Part shown: in pieces, positions 51,760 to 64,000 of the stretch
Layout: the number at the start of each line of letters is the position of its first letter
Numbering within the stretch: position 1 is the stretch's first letter
Origin: Lama glama
Lineage: Eukaryota
Direction of reading: 5' to 3'
Assembly (NCBI GenBank): GCA_028534125.1
Contig: CM052816.1
Location: forward strand, 59,832,001 to 59,896,000
Length of the DNA stretch: 64,000 bases
Notes under the pieces: model-generated
What the model was told of the DNA's origin: nothing
The model's database searches: none
The model's input: the letters and a program-made list of their open reading frames with translations, nothing else
Translations under genes and position numbers: made by a program

Positions 51760-53778
51760 AATTTTTTAAAATAGTCATAAATATTTCCTCAAAGAAAATC
51801 CTAGGCCTTTATGTCTTCATTAAAAAATGTTACTAATTCTATTCAAGGAAGAAATAATTCCAGAAATAATTAGCCAAACTCTTCCAAAGAATGATGTAAC
51901 ATTAATAGCAAAATCACATAGGGACAATATGATACAGAAAGTTGACAGGCCAATCTCTCTTAGGAACACAGATATACAAACAAACAAACTAAATAAATAA
52001 ATAAATAAGCAAACAAAATCTAAAGAGAAAAATACCTTAGAACTAAGCTGATTCTATTTTTTAAATCCAAGAATGCAAAATCTGTTAAACATTTAAAAAT
52101 TACATAACATAAATTATCACATAAGTAGAAGAGGAAAATTATATCATCTCAATAAACGCAGATTAAGTATTTAATAAAACTGAGAGTCTATTAAAAAATT
52201 TTAGCAAACTAGGAATAAAAGGTACATCAGAGAATTTTTTTACTACAGTAATACTGGGTAACAATTTCGAAGATTGCTGGCTTCCAACAATGACTAAGAG
52301 TCATTGGGTAGGTTATGGCTCTAATGGGCTCAGCTATCACTGGTCGGACTTAGGCTTAGTGCTATGTTTAGATCTTCTTCATGTACTTTCTCATTCACTC
52401 ACACAAGCAGCTATCTACGGCATATTTTTCTCACAGTAGATGGCAGAAGGCTGAGCAAACCATGCAACCACATATAAAATATTTGCTTACATCACATTTG
52501 TTAACAACCCATCGACCAGAGAAAGGCCACATGGACAAGTCAAACATCAACATAGGGAAATATATTCCACCAACACTGGGAAGCAATGAGCATTTACACG
52601 GCATAGTGTGTAACTGTATGATTCCAATGAAGTAAGGGAGTAAAGAATAGAAACAACGATCCAATACACTACAGAAGAAAATTTCCTTTATCTGATAAAG
52701 GGTAGCCATAGAAACTCTGCAGCCCACACCATATCTAATGGTGAAAAGTCACAAGTTTTTCTTTTGCTATTAGGAATACCAAGGTGTTCTGCTATCTTTA
52801 CTTCTAGGCAACATTGATCTCAGACAGTTAATTAAGAAATTTTAAAAGTACATAAGAATTTGAAGGAAGAAAAACTGTCAGTATGTGCAGATGATAGGAT
52901 TAAGCATATAAAAAATCCAAAATCATCTATGTAAATCTTAAAACAACAGGAGAATTTAGCAAAGTTACTGGACACAAAATTCAATAAACAAGAGTTAACT
53001 CTTTTTCTGTATACCAGCAACAGTTAGAAAACAAAAATTTTTAAAAGAATTAATTTACCATAGCATCAAAAATATCAATTGAGAACCAAGGAGTAAATCT
53101 CATCAAAAGTGTGCAAGACCTCCAGATGACAAATTATAAAATTTTATTGGGAAATATTAAGACCTAAATAAACAAGTGACTTACATTCATAATTTGGAAT
53201 ATTTTTGAAAAGATATCAGTACTCCTCAAATGGACTTATAAATGCAATGCAATCCTAGTAAAAATCCTAATGAGTTTATGTTTGTGTGTGTGTACACCTC
53301 ATGTACTTGCTTTTTCAACCTGACAACACACTTTTAAAACTTATTAGAAATGCATATAATACCAAAACACTAAAAGCAACAGCGAGCCTCTTGAAGAAAA
53401 ATATAATGTAAGAGGACATATTTTACTGTATATCAAAAAATGTCATAAAGCTATAGCAATAAAGACATTGTGGTATTGGCAGAGAAATAGGCAAACAGAT
53501 AATGGAACAAGAGAGTTCAGAAAAAGATCTATGAAATATATGCTAGCTTTATGACAGAACTGGCACCAAGGATCAGTGGGAAAAGATGAACTTCATAATA
53601 AATAGTTCTAGGACAAATATCTGGATGAAAAGGTATTTAAATTGGACACCTACCTCATACCATATACAAAGATCAATTTTAGCTGGATTAAAAAGCTAAA
53701 TATGAAAGGAAATCCATAAAACTATTAAAAGAAACTAGGAGAGAATTATCTTTCAACCTTGGGGCACAAAAAGATTCT
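51760..53778 (+). mobile_element. Old L1ME-type ORF2 remnant (interrupted at ~52240-52670)
   Basis: atcatctcaataaacgcag, tgcagatgataggatt, gaatttagcaaagttactggacacaaaattcaat, gacattgtggtattggc, cctacctcataccatatacaaagatcaatt. Confidence 0.85.
52240..52672 (-). mobile_element. MLT1-type LTR remnant nested in the L1
   Basis: aaggccacatggacaagtcaaacatcaacatagggaaatatattccacc is antisense old-MLT1-like. Confidence 0.55.
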
Positions 53779-53779
53779 T

Positions 53780-55370
53780 TTTCAATATAACATCTTTATT
53801 AAGTTATAAATAACATGCCATAAAAATTCATTTGAAGTGTATCAGTCAGTGACTTTTAGTATAATCACAGAGTTGTGCAATCACCATCATTATCCAATTT
53901 TAGAATATTTTCAGCTCCCACCCAAAAAATCCTCTTCACCCTTTACCCATTACTCCTCCTCCCAGCTCCTGGTAGCCACTAGTCTAATTTCTGTCTCTGT
54001 GAATTTGACTATTTTGGACACCTTTTTTAACAGGAATAATACATTATTTGGTCCTTTTGTTAAATCTACTCTTAAGAATTTTATTTTTATTCATTGTTAC
54101 TTATAAAATTGCTTTCTTAATTTCAAGTTTAGATTGTTCATTGATAGTGTTAGAAAATAATTGTTTTTATATGTTAATCTTGTATCCTACAATCTTGCTG
54201 AACTCTTTTTTTTAAATAGAGGACCATTTTTGCAGCACAATATCATCAACATTCATTATTTGGGCCATAACTAGGAAAGAAAACAGACTTCCTTCATTTA
54301 TACAACAAAATTAAATTTCTAAGAAGGCAAAAGAGAAATAGGCACAATCTCGAGTATAATTATGACATAAAATAATATTCTTTTAGAAATATGGTGGAAA
54401 ACATGGGAAGAATAGTATAACAGCCTGATCAAATATTCCCAAATTATAATTTTGCAGTATAATCCCTTCTCAGAGGCTAAAACTTGGTATTATGAAAACT
54501 CAAGATAATCAATTACAGACTTATTTTCCCCCCCCAAGAATGTCACTATAATAGGTGATAGTTATATGTATCTATTGAAATTTGCAACTCACTTTTACCA
54601 TAGAATTAATGTCTAAGGAGATTTGTCTTAGAATTAGCAAGACTCTGAAAAGTCCTGCAGTAATAACTAAATCTTGTTTAGGTTAGTTAGGGTGTGGGCA
54701 AATGGTTTCTTTTCCTTTTCTTCCAGGCCCAATTCCTAAGAATTAAATAATTCCATATCTATCAAATTTGGTTTCTAATATATTATATATTCAAGTCTCA
54801 CTGATAAGGAAAACATTCAAATAAAATACTCAAGCCAAATGAAGTATATGTTACCTTTTAGGTTGCAGCCTAAAGTGCTACATAGGGATTGTTACTAAAA
54901 GAAACACAGCAGGACAAACTGGCTAGTATAGATGAGCCAATGTATTGTCTCAGTTGGCTTGAGAAAGTCATATGAAATTACTGTTTGGTTTTGTCTACTT
55001 GCTCAACAAACACTTACCATGCACCTACTATGTAGATAGTTGGTGAACTCATTTATTAATTCTGTTCATTTTTCAGTATATTCCTTAGGACTTTCTATAT
55101 ACAAAATCATCTTATTTGTAAACAGAGATAATTTTACTTCTTTTCTCTCTAATCAAGATGTTTTTCATTTATTTTTCTTCCCTAATTTTTTTGACTAGAA
55201 CCTCCAGTGTTGAACAGAAGTAGCAAAAAGAGACATCTTTATCTTATTCTTGGTCTTAGGGAGAACGTATTCAGTCTTTAAACATTAAGTATAAGGTTAG
55301 CTGCGGGTTTTTGTAGGTGTTCTGTATCTGGTTAAGGTATCTATTTTTTTTAATTTCTAGTTTGTTGAGG
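53780..55370 (-). mobile_element. Antisense L1M fragments, split by the 54206-55039 insert
   Basis: cacagagttgtgcaatcaccatc; tcttgtatcctacaatcttgctgaactc continuing as atttattaattct...ccttaggactttctatatac...gaacagaagtagcaa. Confidence 0.8.
54206..55039 (-). other. Retroposed non-TE sequence with poly(A) tail and TSD
   Basis: T8 at the left end; TSD ttgctgaactc (54195-54205) / ttggtgaactc (55040-55050); host L1 sequence is contiguous across the insert. Confidence 0.65.
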
Positions 55371-55964
55371 ATCTATGGAAAACGTTTTAAAGTAGACACA
55401 AATTTCAGTAGACTGGAAAATTGATCAATTTAGCCACATTAAAATTAAAACATCTGCTCACTGAAATATATCACAAAAAGAGTGAAAAGAAAAATCATGG
55501 CATTGAAGACATTTAGAATATACATTAACTAAAACATGGCTATTTTTCAGAATACATAAGAGACACCTATAATTTAATTAGAAAAATGTAGACAATTCAA
55601 TAGAAAAATGGTCAAATGACTTAAACAAGCACCTCACAAAAGAAGCCCAAATAGACAGCAACCCAATAAAACATCCCAAATATTAGGGAAATAAAAATTG
55701 AAGTCATGATAAGATACTGTTAATCATCCATCAAACTGGGAAATAGTAAAAGTCTGACAATACTTACTGTGGATGATGATATAAACACCAAGTACTATTC
55801 TACTGGTAGGAGTATAACCTGTTATATCAACATTAGAAAACTGTCAATATGTGGTGAAACTGAATGTATAGAAACTCTATGATTTACTAATTCCACTCAT
55901 ACATATATACCTTAAAGATATGTTTGCTTATGTATACCACAATTCACATTTTTAAATGCTCTAG

Positions 55965-57575
55965 AGTACACTGAAAACTACAAAACATTAATGAAAGAAA
56001 TTGAAGAAGACAAAAATAAATGGAAAGATGCTCACAGATTGAAAGAATTAATACTGTTAAAACGCCTGTACTACCCAAAGCAATCTACAGATTCAACGCA
56101 ATCTCTGTCAATATTCCAACAGTATTTTACACAGAAATAGAACAAACGATTCTAAAAGATCACTACTAGCCAAAGCAATCTTGCTTTGTTCTTGCTCCCT
56201 GATTTTAAACTATTACAAAGCTTTAGTAATCGAAACAGTAAGATATTGGCATAAAAACAGATACATAAATCAATGGAACAGAACAGAGAGCCCCCAAATA
56301 AATCCATACATATATGGTCAATTAATTTATAACAAAGAAACCAAGAATATACATTGAGGAAACAATAGTCTTTTTAATAAACAGTGGTGGAAAAACTGAC
56401 AGCCACACACTAAAGAATGAAACTGGATCATTATTTTACACCATACACAAAAATTAACTCAAAATGAATTAAAGACTTGAATGTTAGACCTGAAATCATA
56501 AAACTCCTAGAAGAAAACATAGGTGGTAAATTACTCGAAGTAGGTCTTGGTGATGATTTGTTTTTAATCTAACACCAAAAGCAAAACAACAAAAGCAAAA
56601 GGAAACAAGTAAGGCTACATAAAACTAAAAAAAGATTCTGCACAGCAAAGGAAACCATCCACTAAATGAAAAGGCAACCCACAGAATGGGAGAAAATATT
56701 TGCAAATTATATATCTGATGAGAGGTTAATATTCAAAATATAAAGAACTCATACAACTTACTAGCAAAAAAAAAAATCTGATTTAAAAATGGACAGAAGA
56801 CTCAAGGAGACATTTTCCCAAAGAAGATAAACAAATGGCCAACAAGTACATGGAAAGATGCTCACCATCACTAATCATCAGGGAAATGCAAATCAAAACT
56901 ACAATGAGGTGTCACTTTACAATTGTCAGAATGGCTATTATCAAAAAGGCAACAAATAACAAGCATTGGTGAAGACGTGGACAAAAGGGAACACTTGTGC
57001 ACTGTTGGAGGAATGTAAATTGGTGCAGCCACTATGGAAAACAGTATGGAGGTTCTTCAAAAAATTAAAAATAGAATTACCATATGCTTTAGCAGTTCCA
57101 CTTCTGGGTATTTATTTTATCCAAAGAAAACAAAAACAATAATTGGAAAAGATATATACACTCCCATGTTCACTGCAGTATTATTTATAATAGCCAAGAT
57201 ACAGAAACAACCTAAGTATCCACGAATGGATAAATGGATAAGAAAATATGGTACATAAACAATAGAATATTACAGAATATTATTCAGACATAAAAAGAAT
57301 GAAATCACAATTTGGCTTGGATGGACTTCAGCAGCATTATCCTAGGTAAAATGTCAGACAGACAAAGACAGATACTATAAATCTTAAAAGTTCTCATCAC
57401 AAGAAAAAAATCTTTTGTAACATTTGGGTAGGTATTAACGAGACATTATGGGTAACATGTGGGTATTAACCAGACATTGTGATAATCACTTTGCAATGTA
57501 TACAAATATTGAGTCATTATACTGTATACCTAAAACTAACATAATAGTATATGTCAATTATACCTCAATACAAAT
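55965..57575 (+). mobile_element. L1MA/L1MB-type element, ORF2 C-terminal part and 3' UTR
   Basis: Well-preserved L1: ctacccaaagcaatctacagattcaacgcaatc, cacagaatgggagaaaatatttgcaaa, tggtgcagccactatggaaaacagtatggagg, tgtcaattatacctcaat. Confidence 0.92.
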
Positions 57576-57674
57576 ATGATCATAATAATATCTCATAATT
57601 ATCAACTCTCTGAAAGAAATGACATGACCATCATTAGCAGAATGCATATATAAAATGTATATACAAAATGTTTT

Positions 57675-57890
57675 AGTCATTGTCATTGTCACATTTTTTT
57701 TCGCTGTGAGCTACCACAAGATCTTGTATATATTTCCCTGTGCTATACAGTATAATCTTGTTTATCTATTCTACACATGCCTGTCAGTATCTACAAATTT
57801 TGAACTCCCAGTCTATTCCTTCCCACCCCCCTCCCCCTTGGCAACCACACTATAAAATGACTATAACTCAAGAAAAAAAAGTTTAAAAAA
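57675..57890. mobile_element. 5'-inverted camelid-type L1 3' end
   Basis: Antisense cattgtcacattttttttcgctgtgagctaccacaagatcttg...ttggcaaccaca, then sense tataaaatgactataactcaagaaaaaaaa. Confidence 0.75.
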
Positions 57891-57894
57891 ATGT

Positions 57895-58365
57895 TTCATG
57901 TTCTCACAATGGGATACTACATCAAAATAAATTTGAATACATTACAGATGTGTATACAAACTTTGCAAATGTGTGTGTAGGAAAAAGCAAGTCATAAAAC
58001 ATTAATTACAGTATTGTTCTAGTTACATATAGTTCAAGAACAGGAAGCACTAATCTAATTTTTAAATATGTAAACACAGGTTGTAAAAAAAATGTAAAGA
58101 AAGAAAAGAGTACTACAAAAGTCAGGGCTGTGGTTATCTTAAAAGGCCGTAAGTCACTTTATGATGACAAAGTGAAGTCAGAGTGGTAAAGAATATAAGG
58201 GAAATCCTGCAGTTTAAGCAGTGTTCTATTTCATGACTTGATAGAGTTAGAGGATGTTTGTTTTATAGAGAAATGTTTAAAATTGCTTTATAGACAAATG
58301 TACCTATAATCTTACACAATTTTCTGCATATCACATTTTATAATAAAGATTGTTTAAGCCAAAAA
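57895..58365 (+). mobile_element. L1ME-type 3' UTR
   Basis: cacaatgggatactac, gaaaaagcaagtcat, gtgttctatttcatgac, ttttataataaa. Confidence 0.6.
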
Positions 58366-58689
58366 ACAAACACATTCCTTTTCTCTGATTAGGTTACACC
58401 TACCTATGATTTAGATAATCCTGCCTTTTATCAGAGAGAGATACTTGAAAAAATTCAAATTTTCTGAAATGATAATCTTACACTGAAACTCAACATGGAA
58501 AACAAATCAAAGCTAGCTGTTCTGTTTGAAGTGGTGGGGGTGGGAGGCCTGGATCATGCGTTTACTCAAATCTCTCTTTGGACATCTCTTCCCTCAATCC
58601 AGTAACTCCTTCATGAAATCCTAGAACTCCAGGCCATGAACAATTTGGGAGCTATTGTTAAAAGACTCTAGGGGCAGGAAAAAACCCTG

Positions 58690-58800
58690 GATATCAACTA
58701 ACTAAGCTCCTTATTTTACAGAGAAGGCTTTATGACACACCCAAGGTCATTCAGCGAGTTAATGGCAGAGTTGGCTTACAACCCAGATTTGATTTGATTT
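58690..58800 (-). mobile_element. MIR fragment
   Basis: tattttacagagaagg...cccaaggtcattcagcgagttaatggcagag. Confidence 0.65.
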
Positions 58801-58960
58801 TTAGTGTATTTATCTTCATGGCTTAGTTTTTCAATGAAAGGTCATTGAGAACCACTCATCTGTATTTTCTAATAAGTCTTTCAGAATTTTTCTTATGGCA
58901 ACTAGTTCCATTAGCAATACAATAGCAATAAACCAAAGCACAGCCTCCAATTCTATAGGG

Positions 58961-58963
<3 letters not shown>

Positions 58964-59000
<37 letters not shown>
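58964..59000 (+). repeat. (TG)18 perfect microsatellite
   Basis: Uninterrupted tg run, read directly. Confidence 0.97.
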
Positions 59001-59002
<2 letters not shown>

Positions 59003-59447
59003 TAATAAATAGAAATCTATGCTATGTATCATATATATACTAATAATACATATTACATATTTATGTGTGTATGTTATAAAAAGTAAGGCCACTGTGTAAA
59101 GTCAAAATCAGATAGATCACTTCAACCTCAGTGAGAAAAGCAAGCCAGAACAATTATTTATGGGGTGAAAACCAGCTGTGTTTCCTCTCCACTGAGTCAA
59201 GCCAAGATGAAACAGGTTAAAGAGAGAAGGATGAGAGAATTGAAACCTTATCTACCAAAAGAATTTCCTCATACTTTGAGTGTTAAATGTAGAAGTAAAA
59301 TGCATTATTTCTCTTCAGGAGAAGATTTTAAAATTCTTTTCTCTGATAGTGTGTAAAATAGGAGAGCTTCCAGTGAGACTTCCACAGCAACTGGAAAGAC
59401 AAACACTTTCTCCAGTGGCATTTTCTGCTTAACAATAAGACTCAGGT

Positions 59448-59927
59448 TGTCATGGGATGTGGCCACAGGGCGAACCAACCACACCCTATTCCCAGCCTTG
59501 TGTGGCAGCCAAGGAGGTGCACTGCCCATATCTGCCTTCAAGAAAAAAATTGCCAGTCAGCTGCAATCAGCAGCATAAGAGCCAAGGTCAGGCTCTTCCT
59601 GGGCAGTCTCTAGCTAATATCTCAGCATGACAGAGTTACTAGGGCACCACTGCTAACAATGCGGGATGCCTCTATGGTATTTTTTGTGCCACAGCACCCA
59701 GTGGACTGGCCCAGACTCTACAGAGCTGCAGTGTACTCTGAAGCCCCTCCTATCTAACCCTCCTTCCCTCCCCTTCTCTTTTTATCAGTAACAGATCTAC
59801 ACCATGATCTAAAGGTTTTCCTTGCTTAATCCTGCTCCTTCTTCCTTTTCTCTTTCATGAGCATTACCCCCAATAAATCTCTGTACTTTGAATTCTATCT
59901 TGGTATCCCAGAGGACCCAACTGACAC
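59448..59927 (+). mobile_element. LTR16-family ERVL solo LTR
   Basis: agagctgcagtgtactctgaagcccctcc...ccccaataaatctctgtac...cttggtatcccagaggacccaactgacac; 5' boundary uncertain. Confidence 0.7.
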
Positions 59928-61260
59928 GGAGGGGCAGAGAAGCTTTGATCACTTCAACTGTTCTCATTCCTTTCCTATGGACAACATAATATGCAGGTTC
60001 ACAGAAGAAGAAAGCTATTTTTCTTCATCATACTATGGGCAGTTTAGAAAGAAACAAAAAATATTTTTAATGCTGGACTAGGAAAACTTATGTCCATGAA
60101 ATGCTCCTTTCCAGAAAATTTTTGAAAGGGCTCTTTTTCACACACCTCTCCCCATCCATGCTTTTGCTTTTCTGTACAAGATTTACAGAAAAAAGGAAGG
60201 AACAGGAAGGACAGGAGTCCAGAGAATCTGTCTCCTCCTCCATCACAGGTTGAGAAGAAACAATAGATAGGATGGGGTTGGGTGGGGTTGGGCAGGATGA
60301 CTCCTGCGGAAGGCTGTTGAAGAAAACCTCAGGATTTGTTCCTGCTGACCCTCTGGCCCTGGCAGTCCCACTGCATCCAGTTGTCACTACCTATATAATT
60401 CCACCAGCATATTTTTCCCTCCTGAGATACCCCTTACCCTAGAGAAAAGGAGAGAAGTTCCATTGCTCAGGTAATCAAGACTCATCGATGATTTTTTTCC
60501 CCTGAAGGAAAGGACCACATTCCTCTTCATCCTAATGTTGACCTTGAAGATAATTACATTGGAGTTGGACTCACCTAGTACAGAGCTTCCTCCTAACAAG
60601 CATGCTTCTGGTTCCTGGTCTTTAGTATACCTGTTTGTTTCCTTGCCTCCCAACTATCCCTGGAAATGTATTTGTCCTTCTGGTCCACTGTTTTGGTAAC
60701 TTCCACATGTGCTACCCTCTCTCCTTGTCTGTGGGATAATGTTGACAGGCAGCCTCTGAGGCTGAGAATCTAACAAATGAATAGTCACTCACCTCTGAGC
60801 GCTTGCCTAAGCAATCATCAGGTGAGGATGAGCACTGACACATCACCACAACTGACAAAGTCCAGTTCAAACCCACCTCTTCCTTCTAAGAACCCAAGTC
60901 TGGCTCCAATAAGCCCACTCTGTCCTGAACATGAACAGTCTATTTTTGGCCCCATTCACTTGTCTCTCTCGACTTTCTTTTATTGTTCACTTCTGTGCTC
61001 AGGAAACCCTTGAGAGTTAAGGTTTATGATCTTAGGAGCTGTAGCTTTGAATGCCTATGACCTATTCACCCATGGCTTCTCTTAGATCTACTTGCAGGCC
61101 TCTCAAACTCAGAACTAGCCCGTTGTGGCCTTTTTTCTGGTGCTGCCAGAAATGATAAGGGAGCCCATGGAGAAAAACAGTGCAACAGTTATATCTTATT
61201 TTGCTTGGGAGAAATACTTCAGAATCCCCTATTCCTGTGGGTCTTTGAAACTTCCTCCCC

Positions 61261-61315
61261 CAACACACCACACACGAACACACACGAACACAAACACATG
61301 CACACACACACACAA
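61261..61315 (+). repeat. Imperfect (CA)n repeat
   Basis: caacacaccacacacgaacacacacgaacacaaacacatgcacacacacacaca. Confidence 0.85.
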
Positions 61316-61529
61316 CTCAGTGCTCTTCTCTACTCTCAAAGCTCCCCATATCCACACCTCCAGGACTCATACTGTCTTCTCTCTTTTATGTGAAATATAA
61401 TCTCTTGTAGGGTGGTGGTTTTGATCTTATGCATCTTTCCTCCCAGGCACCTATCTTAACAGAAGAATCACGGCAAAAATAATTCAAGGAGAAAGGAAGA
61501 GAGGGAAGGACTAAATGAACCTAGGGTCC

Positions 61530-61680
61530 CTTTAAGTGTAAGATCTACCTACACAAGTAAACATGGACAAGTAATTGGCTTCTAAATCTCAGTTTTCTGA
61601 TCTGTAAAAGGGGAATATAATAATGACTTTAGAATATGTATTTTAGTGCATATAACTCTATATGAAATGTAAAATTGTAA
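61530..61680 (+). mobile_element. MIR fragment
   Basis: atggacaagtaattggcttctaaatctcagttttctgatctgtaaaagggga. Confidence 0.65.
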
Positions 61681-64000
61681 TTGCTCTTAAGTTAGAAAAC
61701 AATTTGTGTTCACCCCAAGCTAACCATTCCACATTTTTAAAGTAAATATTAGATATCAATTTGTGTTAAAAGCAATTTAGTTTTAAAGGTTCATGCTGTG
61801 AGATTAATGTTCTACAATGAAATTTCATTCAATTCTCACTCTTACCCTTGAGCTACTTTTTTCAACTGCAAATTTTTATCTATATAATACGCTTTCACTT
61901 ATGTTCACCATGACAGCCTGAGTATTCTCATCTATTTGTTCAGATTGACTTAAAATACAGCCAGATATTTTGCAGATGAAGCAATTTCACTGACATTATA
62001 AAGTAAAATCTTCCAGAAATAAATTGTTTAGACTTGTACATGTGACCTATTTGTTGAATTCTCCCAAAAGGCTTTATGTCAGGAAGAATCATTTCTTCTC
62101 TCTGTAGATTAAATTCAATATACACTGCCAGCACACAGACACACTAAGCCACCATCCAGTAGACTGACTCACTTGAATTTATAGTTATGATAAAGTTATT
62201 TGGCAAAACAAACTCAAGCTGTTAACCAGTGAGAACTAATTCCAGATTCAAAATCCATTCCATGAATGGGCTGTACCACTGTGGCTGTGAACATTCGGTC
62301 ATGTAAATGTCCCCCTGAAGGTTCTGGATGACAAGCCTGATGAAAAGGAAGGGGGAATATTGGGCCTCCAACATTGTTCACCAAATGTGGTAACTAAAGA
62401 GAACAAGCAATTCTATCCAGGATCCAGAGTCTTTGGCAGCCCTCAGGGCAGCTTCTGTCTTTGGTGGCAAAACAAAGTTTGGTTTTATTTTTTTCATTGT
62501 TTTTTGAAAGGGATGAGTATAATCATTTTTTAACATTGGCTCCTTTGTGTTACAGACAGTCTGTTAGCACACATTTTCAGATTCACTTCAAAAAGGAAAC
62601 AAAATAGAAGTGTGGATGCATGTTAATTACCCAAAAACATGGCACACCAGATGGCCACCAAGGTCTGCTTCTGTATAGTAGGTAAATAATGCTTCCCAAT
62701 CCCTTTGTCCCCTCTGAAAACCAACGTTTGAATTATTTTCCCTCCAACTACTGTTAACACAGGACGTAAGCAAGGGCAGCAAGAAAGCCACATTTATACG
62801 TGGACCAAAGAGGGTAAAGGCAAACATTTTTGTCCCTCTTGCTACATTCTGCAAGAATTATTGGGTCCAGAGAAAGTCAAGAAAAACTCCTACAGAACCA
62901 AAAAGCATGGAGTTGGGCTTTGGCTTAAGCACCAGAGAAAACAAGTTTATTTTTCCAAGCAGGCCTTGTCTGCCTCTTTGATATAGGTGTAATGATTTTT
63001 GACTTCAAGGTTCCCCTGATTAGGCTGTGTAATGAGCCCTCTTGTATTACCCATGGAAGATTTTAAAATTCATTAAGTCAATATATACAGTCATGGTCCA
63101 TTCTAAGACAAACAAAACTTGCACTTTTAAAACGTCTTTCTGCTGAGCTGGGTATACATAATAAATCCTGCATGCCATTTCATCTACTACATATCCCCTC
63201 AGTGCACTCTACAGTAGAAAGCATTACCTTCCATAATATGTCTGTAAACTTCAGGGGCAGAGCAGTAGATTTGTGACACTGACCTTTGATCCTTCCCTCT
63301 CTGGCCATCCCTTCCTTTTTCCCTCACCAAGTAGGTAATTAGCTTTGCATTCATTGCTACAAATGAGGGATGTTTTAAGTGGGAGAGTAGAAATAATGCA
63401 CACATCTTTAAATATTAAAATTTTAATTATAAAATTGTAATTATAATTTTAAATATAAAAACCAAAGACCATAGAAAAACTTAGTGGCTCAGGGTATAGA
63501 CCAAATAACTCGGAGAAGTTGGAAAGAAATCAGAGCTTTCCTACCTTGGGGAAGGAGTCTCATGTCCTAGTACACATGCAGTTAGAGAAGACATCAGACA
63601 AGGTGGGACCATGCACATAAGAACCAGGGTCTCCTAGTGGGACTAATGATGATGGATGATCAGGAGCAGGCCAGAGCATGAACACTGTGACCACTTCTTG
63701 CACATTTAAGGATAAATGGCCCCTCTTCCCAAGCTTTGGCGTTATGAATATTTACATATAACCCCAGTAAAAGGAGGGGAGAAAAGGGGGAAAAGAGATC
63801 CTCAAATTGACAGAGATTGTTTCTACACCTCCTGGCAGAATAAGTCTCCAAATGAAAATCATATTGCGTATGAGGAAAATAAAAAATTTATTTTTTTGTA
63901 TAACTGAGTTCACTGATTGAGGGCCATACCTATAACATTTATAAAGACAATCTTAAAGTTTGGGAGAAGGCAACTGGGGAGAGCCGAAAGACATTTCCTA

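Noticed and set aside
57034..57258. 74-aa ORF MENSMEVLQK...
   Set aside because: Standard L1 ORF2 C-terminus-derived translation.
63408..63461. AT-rich near-palindromes
   Set aside because: Expected in low-complexity AT sequence; the arms are short.
1..64000. CRISPR arrays, operons or other prokaryotic systems; CpG island
   Set aside because: The sequence is mammalian, repeat-rich and CpG-depleted, with no regularly spaced repeats and no CpG island.

Overview
This is AT-rich, CpG-depleted mammalian genomic DNA, very likely camelid (alpaca/llama/camel), based on a Vic-1-type tRNA-derived SINE at 29606-29714 and camelid-style L1 3' ends. The window reads as intronic or intergenic. Roughly half of it is recognisable interspersed repeats: L1M/L1, L2, L3/CR1, MIR, MaLR/ERVL LTRs, an ERVL pol remnant, and MER5/MER20/MER58/Arthur1/MER44 DNA transposons. 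I found no complete protein-coding gene, and the ORF track is essentially noise or decayed repeats. I also found no well-supported novel biological system. The best leads are: (1) a 56-nt + strand exon candidate ending in Kozak-ATG-ACT-TCC-AAG|GTGAG at 38375-38430; (2) an ~830-bp non-TE sequence retroposed into an L1, with a poly(A) tail and target-site duplication (TSD), at 54206-55039; (3) a minus-strand recursive-splice or 3-nt microexon signature at ~36970; (4) a 102-nt open exon candidate at 21441-21542; (5) two 5'-inverted (twin-primed) L1 insertions and several datable nested insertions. Repeat family names come from my recall of consensus sequences, not from a database search, and boundaries are approximate unless a TSD is quoted.
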